A DNA stretch of 64,000 nucleotides from Malacoraja senta (Eukaryota): NCBI GenBank assembly GCA_038087875.1, contig CM075990.1:11658001-11722000 (forward strand), given 5' to 3'. Below the pieces are notes generated by a model that worked only from the letters and a program-made list of their open reading frames with translations, had not been told where the DNA came from and ran no database searches. Each line of letters starts with the position of its first letter. Position 1 is the stretch's first letter. The translations under genes were made by a program, and so were the position numbers. This document shows positions 1 to 12,116 of the stretch, in pieces.

Positions 1-432
1 TATAACGTTTCGACACAAATCATGCTCAGTAGTATTTTGATAATGGGCGATTGCAAAAGCCTTACGATGGATGCTATACTTTTACAACCAAGGTCAAGTA
101 ATAATTAGATAATTATGGGACTCAATTAATCATTAATCAAGTGCAAAAAATGCCTCTCAGTACGGCTTTGCAGCCAAGCAATTGGATGTCTCCTTAACAC
201 CTCTCTGGTGGCTGGTTAGAATGTCTGGTATTCAGTCTTGCTTGGCACATATCTGAAAAGATTCATCATACAATGGCCTTTTGCACTGCTACATGCCTTG
301 AAGCGACTGCTAGCCTTTAGGGCTTTGCAGAGGAACCCGTGCTTTGAGTTGGCCGAAGTCGAGAAGGGAAAGACTGTACATGACCTGGAATCAGAACGAT
401 TTAACTCAAAACCTGACGTCACCATTTTAAAT

Positions 433-720
433 GTGTAAGAAGGAACTGCAGATGCTGGTTTAAAATCGAAGATAGACACAAAATGCTGGAGTAACTCAGC
501 GGGACAGGCAGCATCCCTGAAGAGATGGAATGGGTGACGTTTCGGGTCGAGACCCTTCTTCAGACTGAAGAAGGGTCGCGACCCGAAACGTCACCCATTC
601 TCTTCACTCCAGAGATGCTGCCTGTCCTGCTGAGAAGGATCTCGACCCGAAACGTCACCCATTCTTTCGCTCCAGAAATGCTGCCTATCCCACCGAGTCA
701 CTCCAACATTTTGTGTCTGT
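433..720. mobile_element. Penelope-like terminal repeat, inverted pair plus partial third copy, with minimal hammerhead cores
   Basis: Minus-strand copy 433-563 abuts a plus-strand copy from 565. Core CTGAAGAAGGGTC(T/G)CGACCCGAAACGTC at 536-563 (-) and 565-592 (+); degenerate core at 630-656. Confidence 0.75.
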
Positions 721-1164
721 CACCATTTTAATATCAGTTTTCCACTGTTACTTCTGCCCTTGCCGACTGCTTGGTGAAAAAAAAAAGATAATGTTTGCAA
801 AGAAGGAATTACTGATCTCATTACGTGTAGAAAAATGACAGGACATCAGTATATTAAAGTATGTATGGAAAGGTCAATGAGCTTGAATGTGACCTGTCAC
901 AGTTATGGAGGCAGAGGAGCCTTAATAAGTGTACCGTGCCCTGGGAAAGTAAGAACAGGTATTCCAAAAAGAAGTCTTTCCCCAGTGTAACATCTTGTTC
1001 ACAGTAGATATTAATATTCCTTACAAGAGATCCAGTATAATTTTCTAATATAGATGCGACAGAGGTGAGAAACGCGGGGTCATATACAAGGTCGTCATCG
1101 ATAAATCCAATGGAAAATTCAGAACAAAATTATTTATCTTGAGTGTGCAGGATAACTTGTTACA

Positions 1165-1331
<167 letters not shown>

Positions 1332-1803
1332 GAAAAAAATCTTTTATTCAGCTTTCAGGACAAATCCTGTTTCCCTAATGCCCTTGAAGATCTGGTGGAG
1401 GATGCTTAAATGGGATAACATGGAACTAGTGTGTGGGTGATCAATGGTCAGCGTGAACTCGGTGGGCCGAAGGGCCCGTTTCCATGCGGTATCTCTAAAC
1501 AAAACTAAACTTGGAGGTTTCCGCAGGAGGAGCAGCGGAGTGGGACTAATTAATTGTGTTAAAAGGCTCCTGCTTATGTTCGGTATCATTTATTCAACTA
1601 AATGCAAGCATGACTGGTTGTTACATCTCACTGCAGCCAAACACATGCATGAAATTATTTTCTCTGATTCCAGGGGTATTTAAAGAACTGGAGCTGCTCA
1701 ACAATCTTAGTCGCTTGGAACTAATCAGTTACATGGGTCAGGCTAATTGTCCCGACAATCACAAAAGGAAGTAAGCAAACCATTAAAAAATGACTTAGTC
1801 AAA

Positions 1804-2105
1804 CAAGATGGATGCCAGACAAGATGGATGCCAGACAAGATGGATGCCAGACAAGATGGATGCCAGACAAGATGGATGCCAGACAAGATGGATGCCAGAC
1901 AAGATGGATGCCAGACAAGATGGATGCCAGACAAGATGGATGCCAGACAAGATGGATGCCAGACAAGATGGATGCCAGACAAGATGGATGCCAGACAAGA
2001 TGGATGCCAGACAAGATGGATGCCAGACAAGATGGATGCCAGACAAGATGGATGCCAGACAAGATGGATGCCAGACAAGATGGATGCCAGACAAGATGGA
2101 TGCCA
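1804..2105. repeat. Perfect 16-bp minisatellite (CAAGATGGATGCCAGA), ~19 copies
   Basis: Directly visible; explains the repetitive ORFs at 1743-2327. Confidence 0.97.
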
Positions 2106-2619
2106 GGTCATGGGAAACAGACATGTTTTGCTGACTGCTATAGTGACAAAACAGCTGCCTTGAAGAACGGTGCTTGGCCCCACTTTGTTCCACGTCTTAA
2201 TTAATGTTGCTTTTATTGACAACCCGACCTCCTGCTGAGTGTGTAACGCTGCAACCGAGAGATAAGTACAAGGGCAGATCACTGCAAATCTGCACGCACT
2301 GAACAGAGGGCTGACAAATGGTATCAAGAAAGGCTAGGAATTGTGCAATGCCTTTAATGATACCAGGGTGCCCACAGCACTTAGCCAATGGAGTGCATCT
2401 GAAATCCAGTCGCTGCCGTAATGTAAGAAGTGTTGCTGCCAAAATGTGCAGAACAAGCTCCCTTGGTGGCAGCGTGATAAGCCAGAAGATTTATTGCCAT
2501 CTAGGGATATATCTGAGCCGGGATACAGGAGACAACGCCTCCTCTTCATTAGGATAGTGCCGTGGGAAGTTAGAGTAGACTTTGTTCAACTGCTCAATTG
2601 ATGGCAATACCCTGCGCGG

Positions 2620-2843
2620 CGTTTGTACGTTCTCCCCGTGACCTGCGTGGGTTTTCTGCTGAAAACTCCGGTTTCCTCCCATGCTTCAAAGACGTACAGG
2701 TTTGTAGGCTAATTGGCTTGGTATAAATGCAAATTGTCCCTAGTGTGTGTAGAATAGTGTTAGCCTGTGGGGATCGTTGGTCAGCGCGGACTCGGTGGGC
2801 CGAAGGGCCTGTTTCCACACTGTATCTCCAAACTAAACTAAAA
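2620..2843 (+). mobile_element. 5'-truncated V-SINE (HE1-like)
   Basis: V-domain gtttgtacgttctccccgtgacctgcgtgggttttct and CR1-type tail gggccgaagggcctgtttcc...(CTAAA)n. Confidence 0.85.
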
Positions 2844-3491
2844 GGGTGCAGCCCTCCATCAGTTCTGGGTCAGGGAGACAACCTAGATGTTTGTCTTCAT
2901 GATTCTGGAGTGGGATGTGAATCATACCCATTGCCAACTTCGCTTGGCCAGGCTGACCCTGCAACACCGCCAGGACAACGGCCCATTGTGGTCAAGTTGA
3001 GAACTCGACATTGATCACAACTTTGATGTGAACCATGAACAATGGCGCCAAAACATGGCGGCTCATACACTGTCTCGATGTACAATTGTGCCACACAAGC
3101 TTCTTCTCAGTGTCGAAGCCAGATGATGCACCCCTCAGTTGCTGACACCAAACCAGATGTGATGGTCATACCTTATTGATGGAATCAGAGACCATCTTTT
3201 CTCCTCGTTCCATAATGGTTATAGTCTGAAGATAACCATGACATGCTGGAATAACTCAGCAGGTCAGACAGCATCTCTGTAAAAAAATTGGTAGAGAGGA
3301 AGGGGATGGAGGGTAATTGGTCGGTGAAACAGAATTAAGATTTGGTAGCCTGGTACCACATGTTTGTGATTCATTCTCTGTTGCCATTATTACTGGTCAT
3401 TCTTCATGGACTTAATTGCCTACATACATTTTGGAGTGAATTGTGCGCTTCCGACAATATCAAATTGATTTCAAATATCTAAAAATTCTAC

Positions 3492-3810
3492 TTGTGTGAA
3501 TGAGTGCATCTGAACACGAGAGTCATTGTGTGTGCGAGTGCTCAGGGTGTGTGGGTGACTGCACGAGTGTGAGACTGTGGGTGTGACTGTGTGTGAGCTT
3601 GTGTCTAAGACTCTGTGTGTGTGACTGCGTGTGTGTGTGAGCGAGTGAGTTGGCTTGTGTGAGAATCTGTGCGTGTGTGTGTGTGTGTATATGACTGTGT
3701 GAGACCAGGTGCATCAGTGAGTCTGCTTGTGTGAGACTGTGCGTGTATGCATGCGCATGTGCGTATATGACCATGTGTGTGAGACCAGCTGTGTGAGCGA
3801 GTGTGTGAGC

Positions 3811-3866
<56 letters not shown>

Positions 3867-3990
3867 CTGTGTGCATTTAGGACTGTGTGTGTAAGCGAGT
3901 GACAATGCATTGTGTATAAGTGTGTGCGCGCATGTGTCACTGCACGGGAGCGAGTGTGTGCGCGTGTGTCACTGCATGCGAGTGTGTATA
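3492..3990. repeat. Degenerate TG-rich simple repeat
   Basis: Interrupted (TG)n/(GA)n tracts. Confidence 0.9.
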
Positions 3991-4169
3991 AAATAGAGAC
4001 AGGCACAGATCAGCCAGCGCTGGCTCAATCCGTCGAAGGGTCGGTATAACCCATAGAGGCCTCATTAGTCACCAGTACTCACTGCACCAGAGTGAAATTA
4101 AATGCTTGGTCCCAAGGAGCAGCCTCCGGGAAGCGTGCGTGTGTTCTCTTGTGTAGTTATGCATGACAT

Positions 4170-4312
4170 GCTGTGTATTGCTTCCTCCACTTTAATATTC
4201 CCGTTCATCCTCATTTACAATGAAGAACAACTCTAGGAACAACTCCCAGAGTTGTTCTTCATGGTAAATGAGGGCGAAGAGGAATAATAAAGTGGAGGAA
4301 GCAATACACAGC
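4170..4312. repeat. Long fold-back inverted repeat (~65-bp arms, ~13-nt loop)
   Basis: gctgtgtattgcttcctccacttt...gaagaacaactct is mirrored by agagttgttcttc...aaagtggaggaagcaatacacagc. Confidence 0.9.
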
Positions 4313-5465
4313 TTGACATGGATCTTTTATCTGAATACGATTTACAAAAACTACAAGGATAGATGATTACTTACAAAGTTTACAGTCCAATCATTAGATC
4401 AATTATTTACAGTCTGGGCCTGTAAAGAATCAGTACAACTTTACTTGTTCTGCCAGGTGGCTTTTTCTGGTATATGACATTGGTACACAGAAGCTAACGT
4501 GTACGAGAACATTGAACAAGAAGAACCATTTCAAATACCTAATACAAACAGGACAAGCTGAATGACAATCCTACTAATCTGCCTAATGATGAATACTGAT
4601 GTTAAGTGGATCTCTCTACAAATGGCAACTCAATAAAGCAAACATTATCACAAGGAGAGGTTTAATCAGAGCGAGTCTTTTTGTTTGATGAAGAGTCTTT
4701 TTGTTTTTTTTCAGCTTTAAGGAAGTGCGATTCTTACTTAACATTTACGAATGGTTACAAGTGCATAAATATCAATTTGGGCATCCTGAAGAAAGAGGAC
4801 GTGCAAAGCTTCATTAATTCCTTGGTAAAACTTGCAAGATTTGCCTTAGCCGCTTCTGGTAAATATCTGCCTAATTGTTGCATTCATAATATGTTGGTAT
4901 GGTACATTATTTGTCACATGTACTGAGGTACAGTGAAATTCATTTTGTTTACAGTTCAGTACAATATCACTCTACATAAGCATTTAGACACATTCTTAGA
5001 TAAACATCACGGATATAGTACATGTGTACAGCAGTAGTCAGTGCCGACTTGGTTCTGGTTTCCACAGATACAACCTCAGATGGCTTGACCACTGATCGAT
5101 CAGTGATCATAGTGTCATAGAGTGATACAGTGTGGAAACACGCCCCTCAACCTAACTTGCTCAACGTGTCCCAGCTACACTAGTTCCACCTGCCCACATT
5201 TGGTCCATATTCCCCCCCCCCAAACCTGTCCTATCCATGTACCCGTCTAACCATTTCTTAAATGTTGTGATGGTCCCTGCCTCAACTACCTCCTCTGACA
5301 GCTCGTTCCATACACCCCCACCCTTTGTTTACCTATTAATTCCTAAGTTTACCTATTAATTTATCAGATTCCTATTAAGACGGCACCTCGCCACCACCTT
5401 CTGATAGACACTTGGGTGTGGACAAATATCATTACAATTCACACCCGCCTCAACTCACCCAGACA

Positions 5466-5665
5466 NNNNNNNNNNNNNNNNNNNNNNNNNNNNNNNNNNN
5501 NNNNNNNNNNNNNNNNNNNNNNNNNNNNNNNNNNNNNNNNNNNNNNNNNNNNNNNNNNNNNNNNNNNNNNNNNNNNNNNNNNNNNNNNNNNNNNNNNNNN
5601 NNNNNNNNNNNNNNNNNNNNNNNNNNNNNNNNNNNNNNNNNNNNNNNNNNNNNNNNNNNNNNNNN
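5466..5665. other. Assembly gap (200 N)
   Basis: Run of N. Confidence 1.
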
Positions 5666-5878
5666 AAGGGATATGGGGATATAGCCGGAACGGGGTACTG
5701 ATTTTGGATGATCAGCCTTGATCATATTGAATGGCAGTGCTGGCTCGATGGGCCGAATGGCCTACTCCTGCACCTATTTTATATGTTTCTTTTATCGTCG
5801 GCTCGGATTAGAAGCGAAGAGATTCTTTAAGGTTAATTCCCTGAGGAGATGAGAGGCATTGGGACTGCTGAGCATCTA

Positions 5879-5949
5879 CCACTAGGTGGCATTTCATGGC
5901 TTCCTGTCAACCTTTCTACAGAGTGCGCCATAGTGACATCTAGAGGCAG
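5879..5949. promoter_or_regulatory. Two CTCF-like motifs in convergent orientation
   Basis: CCACTAGGTGGCA (+, 5879-5891) matches the CTCF core CCASYAGRKGGC; CCTCTAGATGTCAC on the minus strand (~5933-5946) is a weaker match. Motif only. Confidence 0.35.
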
Positions 5950-5991
5950 GAGAAAACCTTTCAAAATTCAACCCCACCCCCTATTTTCATT

Positions 5992-6205
5992 CTGAAGAAG
6001 GGTCTCGACCCGAAACGTCCCCCATTCCTTCTCTCCAGAGCTGCTGCCCATCCCGCTGAGCTACTCCAGCTTTTTTGTTTCTATCTTCGGTTTAAACCAG
6101 CATCTGCAGTTCCTTCCTACACATTCCAAAACATCACCTGTCCTTTCTCTCCAGAGATGCTCCCTGACCCGTTGTGAGTTATTCCAGCACATTGCGCCTA
6201 TCTTC
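5992..6205 (+). mobile_element. Penelope-like terminal repeat with intact minimal hammerhead core, plus partial tandem copy
   Basis: ctgaagaagggtctcgacccgaaacgtc at 5992-6019, followed by the family body ending catctgcagttccttcctacac. Confidence 0.75.
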
Positions 6206-6321
6206 AAAATTTACTTCCACTGGTGGAAAGAAATGCAGCCTTTAAACAAGCAAATGAATGGAAAAAAGGACCTACATTTCTAAGGCAACTTTCGAATCAC
6301 TTTCAAAACATCACAAACAAC

Positions 6322-6510
6322 AGACAATAGGTGCAGGAGTAGACCATTCGGCCCTTCGAGCCAGCACCGCCATTTAATATGATCATGGCTGATCATCCCC
6401 AATCAGTACCCCGTTCCTGCCTTCTCCCCATATCCCCTGACTCTGCTATTTTTAAGAGCCCTATCTAGCTCTCTCTTGAAAGCATCCAGAGAACCGGCCT
6501 CCACCGCCCT
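6322..6510 (-). mobile_element. CR1 LINE 3' end
   Basis: Reverse complement of the CR1 3' end seen at 45047-45250 (ggtgcaggagtagaccattcggcccttcgag...gatcatggctgatcatcc). Confidence 0.8.
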
Positions 6511-7235
6511 CATTGACAACCAATGAGTAGTCACTGATGATAGACACAAAACGCTGGAGTAACTCAGCGGGTTAGGTAGCATGTCTGGAGAAAAGGAGTA
6601 GGTGACATTTCGGGTTGGAACCCTACATCAGACTCGGAGAAAACCCTAAAGAAGGGTTCCGACTCGAATTCTCACCTAATACTCCAGCATTTTGTGTCTA
6701 TCTCTGATATAAACTAGCATCTGCAGTTCCTTCCTACACAATGAGTAGTCACTGTCGCATTCTATGGACTGCAAGAGCCAATGGGTGTAGAGCAAGGTCA
6801 CACAAATAGAAATGATGAGTTAATATGGATTCAAGAAGAACTACAGATGTTACAGTCTTCAGGAAAACACCGAGTGCTGGAGGAACTCGACTGGTAAGGT
6901 AGTATTTGTGGAGGAAATTTACAGATCCATTTCAGGTGGGTCCCTTCTTCAGACTGATTCTAAAGAAGGATCCCCACCCAAAAACGTCACCTGTCTATTC
7001 CTTCCACAGGTTCTGCCTGACCCGCTGAGTTCCTCCAACACTTTGTGTTTTGACGAGTTAACATGTTTTCGAAAAACTGAATGAGGCATTACGATTGCCA
7101 GGAAAACTGCGACCAACCCTAACTCGCTATCTAAGTAACAGACAGGGAAGGGACTAAGGTGCAACACCTTGCTCAATCATGGCTCTTCATAGGTACATTA
7201 CTTTGTGAATTACTGCACTGGATATTCAGCCTTAA

Positions 7236-7535
7236 TCTAGTTTAGTTTAGTTTAGAGATACAGTGACAAAACTGGCCCTTCAGCCCACCGAGTATGCTCC
7301 GACCAGCAATCCCTGCACACTACACATACTAGGGACAATTTACAATTTTACCAAGCCAATTAGCCTGCAAACATGTATGTCTTTTGAGTGTGGGAGGAAA
7401 CCAGGGCACCTGGAGAAAACCCACGAAGGTCACGAGGAAAACGTACAAACTCCATAGAGACAACACCCAAAGTGAGGATCGAACCGGGGTCCCTGGTGCT
7501 GTAAGGCAGCAACTCTACCGCTGCACCACCATGCC
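7236..7535 (-). mobile_element. V-SINE (HE1-like)
   Basis: tRNA-like head, V-domain and (TTTAG)n tail on the minus strand. Confidence 0.85.
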
Positions 7536-8099
7536 ATATCTCTCGGGATCTCCTGAGATTTACCTTGTATGCTCAAGTCTCCCCAGTAGGATTTGAGTCC
7601 AGAACAATGAATAGTACTTAGCAAGAAGAGTAGGAGCTCGGTAAAAGTAACCGTGAGAATGGCAGAGGGTTGAAACACAGCAGAGAACAGCATCGGTTTG
7701 TTCATGTCTAGCTGTATTGTACGAGTATGCTTCCAACTTTCTGATGGGAGTTCCAAAAATAGTAGAACAACGCTCCATGCTGTCCTTATTTTAAAAGGAG
7801 TGAACATTTTAGAGTTGACGTTATTAAACTTCAGAGTTGTACAATGTATCAAGCGGTATTTGAAACTGATGTTATAGAGAGCATATTAGAAAAGGGGCAG
7901 ACTCCAACATTTGTAAAAAAAAAAGTTGATCTATATTTCACATAATAGATATCAGTTTATTCATAATGCCTTTATGTTAATACTGTACAGAAAGTGGCAG
8001 TGTTCCAACTCTCATAACCCACAACTATTCGCGATTTGTGTGCGTGCGTGTGTGTGTTCTCTTTCAAAACAATGGTTTCTTTATTAAAGACGCAGATAA

Positions 8100-8400
8100 T
8101 TTAATTTAGTTTCGTTTACTTTAGTTTAGAGAAGCAGCGCGGAAGCAGTCCCTTTGGCCCACCGAGCCCGCACCCCCACACACTAACACTACCCTACACA
8201 CACTAGGGACAATTTACATTTACCAAGCCAATTAACCTACAAACCTGTACATCTTTGGAGTGTGGGAGGAAACCGAAGATCACGGAGAAAACCCACGCAG
8301 TTTACAGGGAGAACGTACAAACTCCGTACAGACGGCACCCGTAGTCAGGATCGAACCCAGGTGTCTGCCGCTGCCAGGCAGTATCTCTACCACTACGCTA
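8100..8400 (-). mobile_element. V-SINE (HE1-like)
   Basis: Same family structure on the minus strand. Confidence 0.8.
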
Positions 8401-9840
8401 CCATTGTTAATTGTTAGCATGCTCGTAAAGCTACAGGAGTTAGTTCACGTACATACAATGTATGGTACAAAATCAGGCCATTCAGCCCAACTAGTATTCA
8501 CACAAGCCCTCTTCCCATCTGCCTTCACTTCACCCTTTGAGCTCATCCCTCTGTCCCTTGTGCATCTATCCAGTTAATTATCTGTACCGATCCATCTGGT
8601 GGTGTCTTCACACTTCACATTCTCACCATGCTTTGTGGAAAGATTTCTTCCAAATTCCCAATTGAATTAATTAGTGAGACTCTTATACTTTTGGCCCCTG
8701 ACTTGGTCTCCCTGATAATTGCTCTTGCTGGTTGGTGTTGAGAGATAAAGGGGTTTCGCTCGAGTCGGCAGTGGGCAGAGAGAGTTGCCTCTGATCCCGC
8801 TTTAAAAAAAAGCTTATCACTGTACCTCGGAACACGTGACAATAAACTAAACTGCACTTGATAGGTAAAGAGGGGTTGATTGGTAGATAAGAGTCAGGTT
8901 GGGATGGGATGGGGGGAGATGGCGCGGAGACTAGGAGGTGATAAGTGGGGAGTCTGAAAGGAAAGGAATGGTGGAGGGAGTCCCACCCTGCAAGTGTGCG
9001 GGAATCTCAGGCTATATTTCATTGTGGTTTAAATAGAGAGTGAAAGGTTTCTGCATTAGCAGTGCTGTCCGTGGCTCCAGGAACCTACGGAGAAGCATTG
9101 GCTATTACACCAGCGCTGGTCTCTGGCACACTGCCCTTTCTTTTGAGGGTAGTGGACATATTGATAGTGTCAAAGTGCTGATGGGTTGCGTGGGAAAACA
9201 GGAGATTGGAGGAATAGAAACACAGAAAACATAGAAAATAGGTGCAGGAGTAGACCATTCGGCCCTTCCAGCCTGCACCACCATCCAATATGATCATGGC
9301 TGATCATCCAGAATCAGAACCCCGTTCCTGCTTTCTCCTTGATTCTGTTAGCCCTGAGAGCTACTGTATATCTAACTCTCTCTTGAATACATGTATGGTA
9401 CAAAATCAGGCCATTCAGCGAATTAGTCTCCTCTGCCTTCTGTGGAATGACCATAAATCTAAATGACAATGGACCAGCTTCTATTTCATGTGCAAAATGC
9501 CCATTTATAGAGTCATATTCCACCATCTATTATCTGCAAATGTGTTTTCCTGTTGAAAATCCGTCCACCAGAGGCCCCTGGACTGTGGTGGACTGAGCAC
9601 AAAGGATTGCTTTGACTGTAGTGTGTGCCGTGACTGGTGGCCTGTGTATGAATGGAAGTCAGTGATCCCATGTGTGTTGCTTCAGTGTTTGCAACCATTT
9701 GTTCAACTTGTTTGTGGGACCTCTGCTCACCCAAACAACCCATGAATTATCTTTTCTACTCCCGTCTCCTCCCCCCCACAGCCCATGGTTCAGTTTAGGT
9801 TATTGTCACGTGTACCGAGGTACAGTGAGAAGGTTTTGTG

Positions 9841-10085
9841 GGAAAGGAAAAAGGAAGAGGAGGAGCCCGAGGGCTGAGGGAGAGCTGAGAAGGGGAGGAG
9901 ACAGCAAGGGCTACCGGAAATTGGAGAAGTCAATATTTATGCCGCTAGGGTGCAGACTGCCCAAGTGTAATATGAGGTGCTGCTCCTCCAATTTCCGGTG
10001 GTGCTCACTCTGGCCATGGAGGAGGCCCAGGACAGAGAGGTTGGATTTGAAATGGGAGTGGGAGTTGAAGCGCTGAGCCACCGGG
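9841..10085 (-). mobile_element. Penelope-like element fragment: GIY-YIG endonuclease C-terminus and start of 3' region
   Basis: Translation PVAQRFNSHSHFKSNLSVLGLLHGQSEHHRKLEEQHLILHLGSLHPSGINIDFSNFR* resembles the PLE GIY-YIG tail (PVAxHFN...RKxxEqhlIfrLgtlxPxGxN). Confidence 0.8.
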
Positions 10086-10771
10086 AGAGCCATTTACAGT
10101 GTTCCCCTGGACATTTCCTTTGGTGCGAGTGCTCTCCCCTTTCGCTCAGCCCATGTGTTAGCTTTGTCCCAATGGGTCAGAAGGCTGCCCCGCTGCCCAG
10201 ACACAGTCGTGGAATCCAGGGTGAATACTGAGGGGGATACAGCAGTGTGCAATGCGGTGTTATATCTATGGGTGTTAAACTGAAGCACCTTCTGTCCTCT
10301 CAGTTCATCATTTCCCAGAGCAGAATTGGGCCATTTGGCCCATCGTGTCCAATTCGCCAGTCAACCATGGCTGATCTATCTTTCCCTCTCAACTCCAATC
10401 TCCTGCCTTCTCCCCATAACCCCTGACACCTTTACTAATCACCCTTACTATATAGCCAGTATATAAACCTCACAGATAGGGATGAGACAAAGGCTGGTTG
10501 GTGATAGATGTAGGGTCTCGACCCAAAATGTCGCCCATTCCTTCTCTCCAGTGATGCTGCCTGTCCCACTGAGTTACTCCAGGATTTTGCGCCCACTTGG
10601 AGGAAACCCACGCAGTCACGGGGAGAACGTGCAAACCCTGCGTTGAAGCGTTGAGCTGAGAACGAAAGTGTGCGTTGGTGAGTGTGTAGACAGAAATGCT
10701 GGAGAAACTCAGCGGGTCAGGCAGCATCTGTGGAGCGAGGGAATAGTTGACATTTCGGGTCGAGACCCTTA

Positions 10772-10987
10772 AGGGCCTGTCCCACTTTCACAACCTAATT
10801 CACGACCTTTTTTACTCATGGCCATTTTTCATCATGCTAGAAAAAACGCCCCGACCTACTTGATGCCACGAGTGCCTACGGCTAGCATCACGGCCTGCTA
10901 CGACCTACCTACGATCTCGTGATGACTAAGCTGCGAGTATGAGTCAAGGGCAAACTCGGCATAGGTCGTGAAAGTGGGACAGGCCCT
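10772..10987. mobile_element. PIF/Harbinger-type MITE, family A
   Basis: TIR AGGGCCTGTCCCACTTTCAC / GTGAAAGTGGGACAGGCCCT with TTA duplicated on both sides; interrupts a Penelope repeat (gaccc-tta|ttcag). Confidence 0.85.
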
Positions 10988-11409
10988 TTATTCAGTTAGT
11001 GAGGATGAGTCTGTGTTTTAAGGTTATAAGCAGAGCAAGACAACCAACCCCCCCTTTCTCCCTACCTACTGCCCAGATTTCCAGTGATCCCAACTGCAGG
11101 ATCTATAAAACCCACCAGGATAAGCGGTTCAGTGCTTCAATGTAAAATGATACCGAAGCACAGGAGAAAATAAGGGGAAGATTTATAATGACGATTCCAG
11201 AACGGAGAGGTTGTAACTAGCAGGAAAACAGAAACCAGCCTGGACTTTCTTCCCCAGTGAAAAACAGAACAAAGTTGATTGATTAAATGCCTTTAAATTA
11301 TCAGAATTCTTTGATAGGTGCAGAGATAAAGCTTCACCAGTGGAGAAAGCCAACGCTAGGAGGAAAAGTATAACATTGCTGGTAATAATTTCAATCACAA
11401 ATTCAATAC

Positions 11410-11735
11410 AACGCCACAGTGGCGCAGCGGTAGAGTTGCTGCCTTTCAGCGCCAGTGACTTAGGTTCGATCCTGACTACGGGTGCTGTCTGTACGGAGTT
11501 TGTACGTTCTTCCCCGTGATCTGCATGGGTTTTCTCGGAGATCTTCGGTTACCTCCCACACTCCAAAGACGTACAGGTTTGTAGGTTAATTGGCTTTGGT
11601 ATAAATGTAAATTGTCCCTAGAGTGTGTAGGGTAGTGCTAATCTGCGGGGATCGCTGGTCGGCACGGACTCGGTGGGCCGAAGGGCCTGTTTCTGCTCTG
11701 CATCTCTGAACTAAACTAGACTACAAACTAAACTT
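11410..11735 (+). mobile_element. Full-length V-SINE (HE1-like)
   Basis: A box tggcgcagcggt, B box ggttcgatcc, V-domain, CR1-type tail with (CTAAA)n. Confidence 0.9.
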
Positions 11736-12116
11736 TGGTACCAGGGTGTGGCTGAACAACTCAGCCGTCACAGGGAATGATTGAGGTGGACAGTGTGGAT
11801 GCATCTCAGGGAAAACTAGGTAAACAAGCAAGGAGAATGGCTCTGTGCGGAGGGAGACAAGGTACACTTGGAGTCCCATTTATGTTGTGTAAATACGATG
11901 CAAACCATGCCTCGGAGTGAAGGAAAGGTTAGCATCTGAGGTTTTCTACGAGGATGTCAATGCCTGTGGCATAGGAAGGAACTGCAAATGCTGGTTTATA
12001 GCAAGGATAGACACAAAGTGCTGGAGTAACTCAGCGGGTCAGGCAGCATCTCTGGAGAAAAAGGATGAGTGAGGTATCGGGTCAGAAACCTTCTTCAGAC
12101 CTCTGAACCTCTGAAG

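Noticed and set aside
1743..2327. Repetitive ORFs, or a CRISPR-like array
   Set aside because: Contiguous 16-bp tandem units without spacers, in a eukaryotic context.
2925..2990. Second HDV-like ribozyme (GCGAAG on the minus strand)
   Set aside because: No matching P1/P2/P3 pairings could be built.
5412..5725. ORFs containing X runs (also 36088-36844)
   Set aside because: Artefacts of N gaps.
11410..11490. tRNA gene
   Set aside because: The A/B boxes belong to the SINE head; it continues into the V-domain with no complete cloverleaf or terminator. The same applies to all copies.
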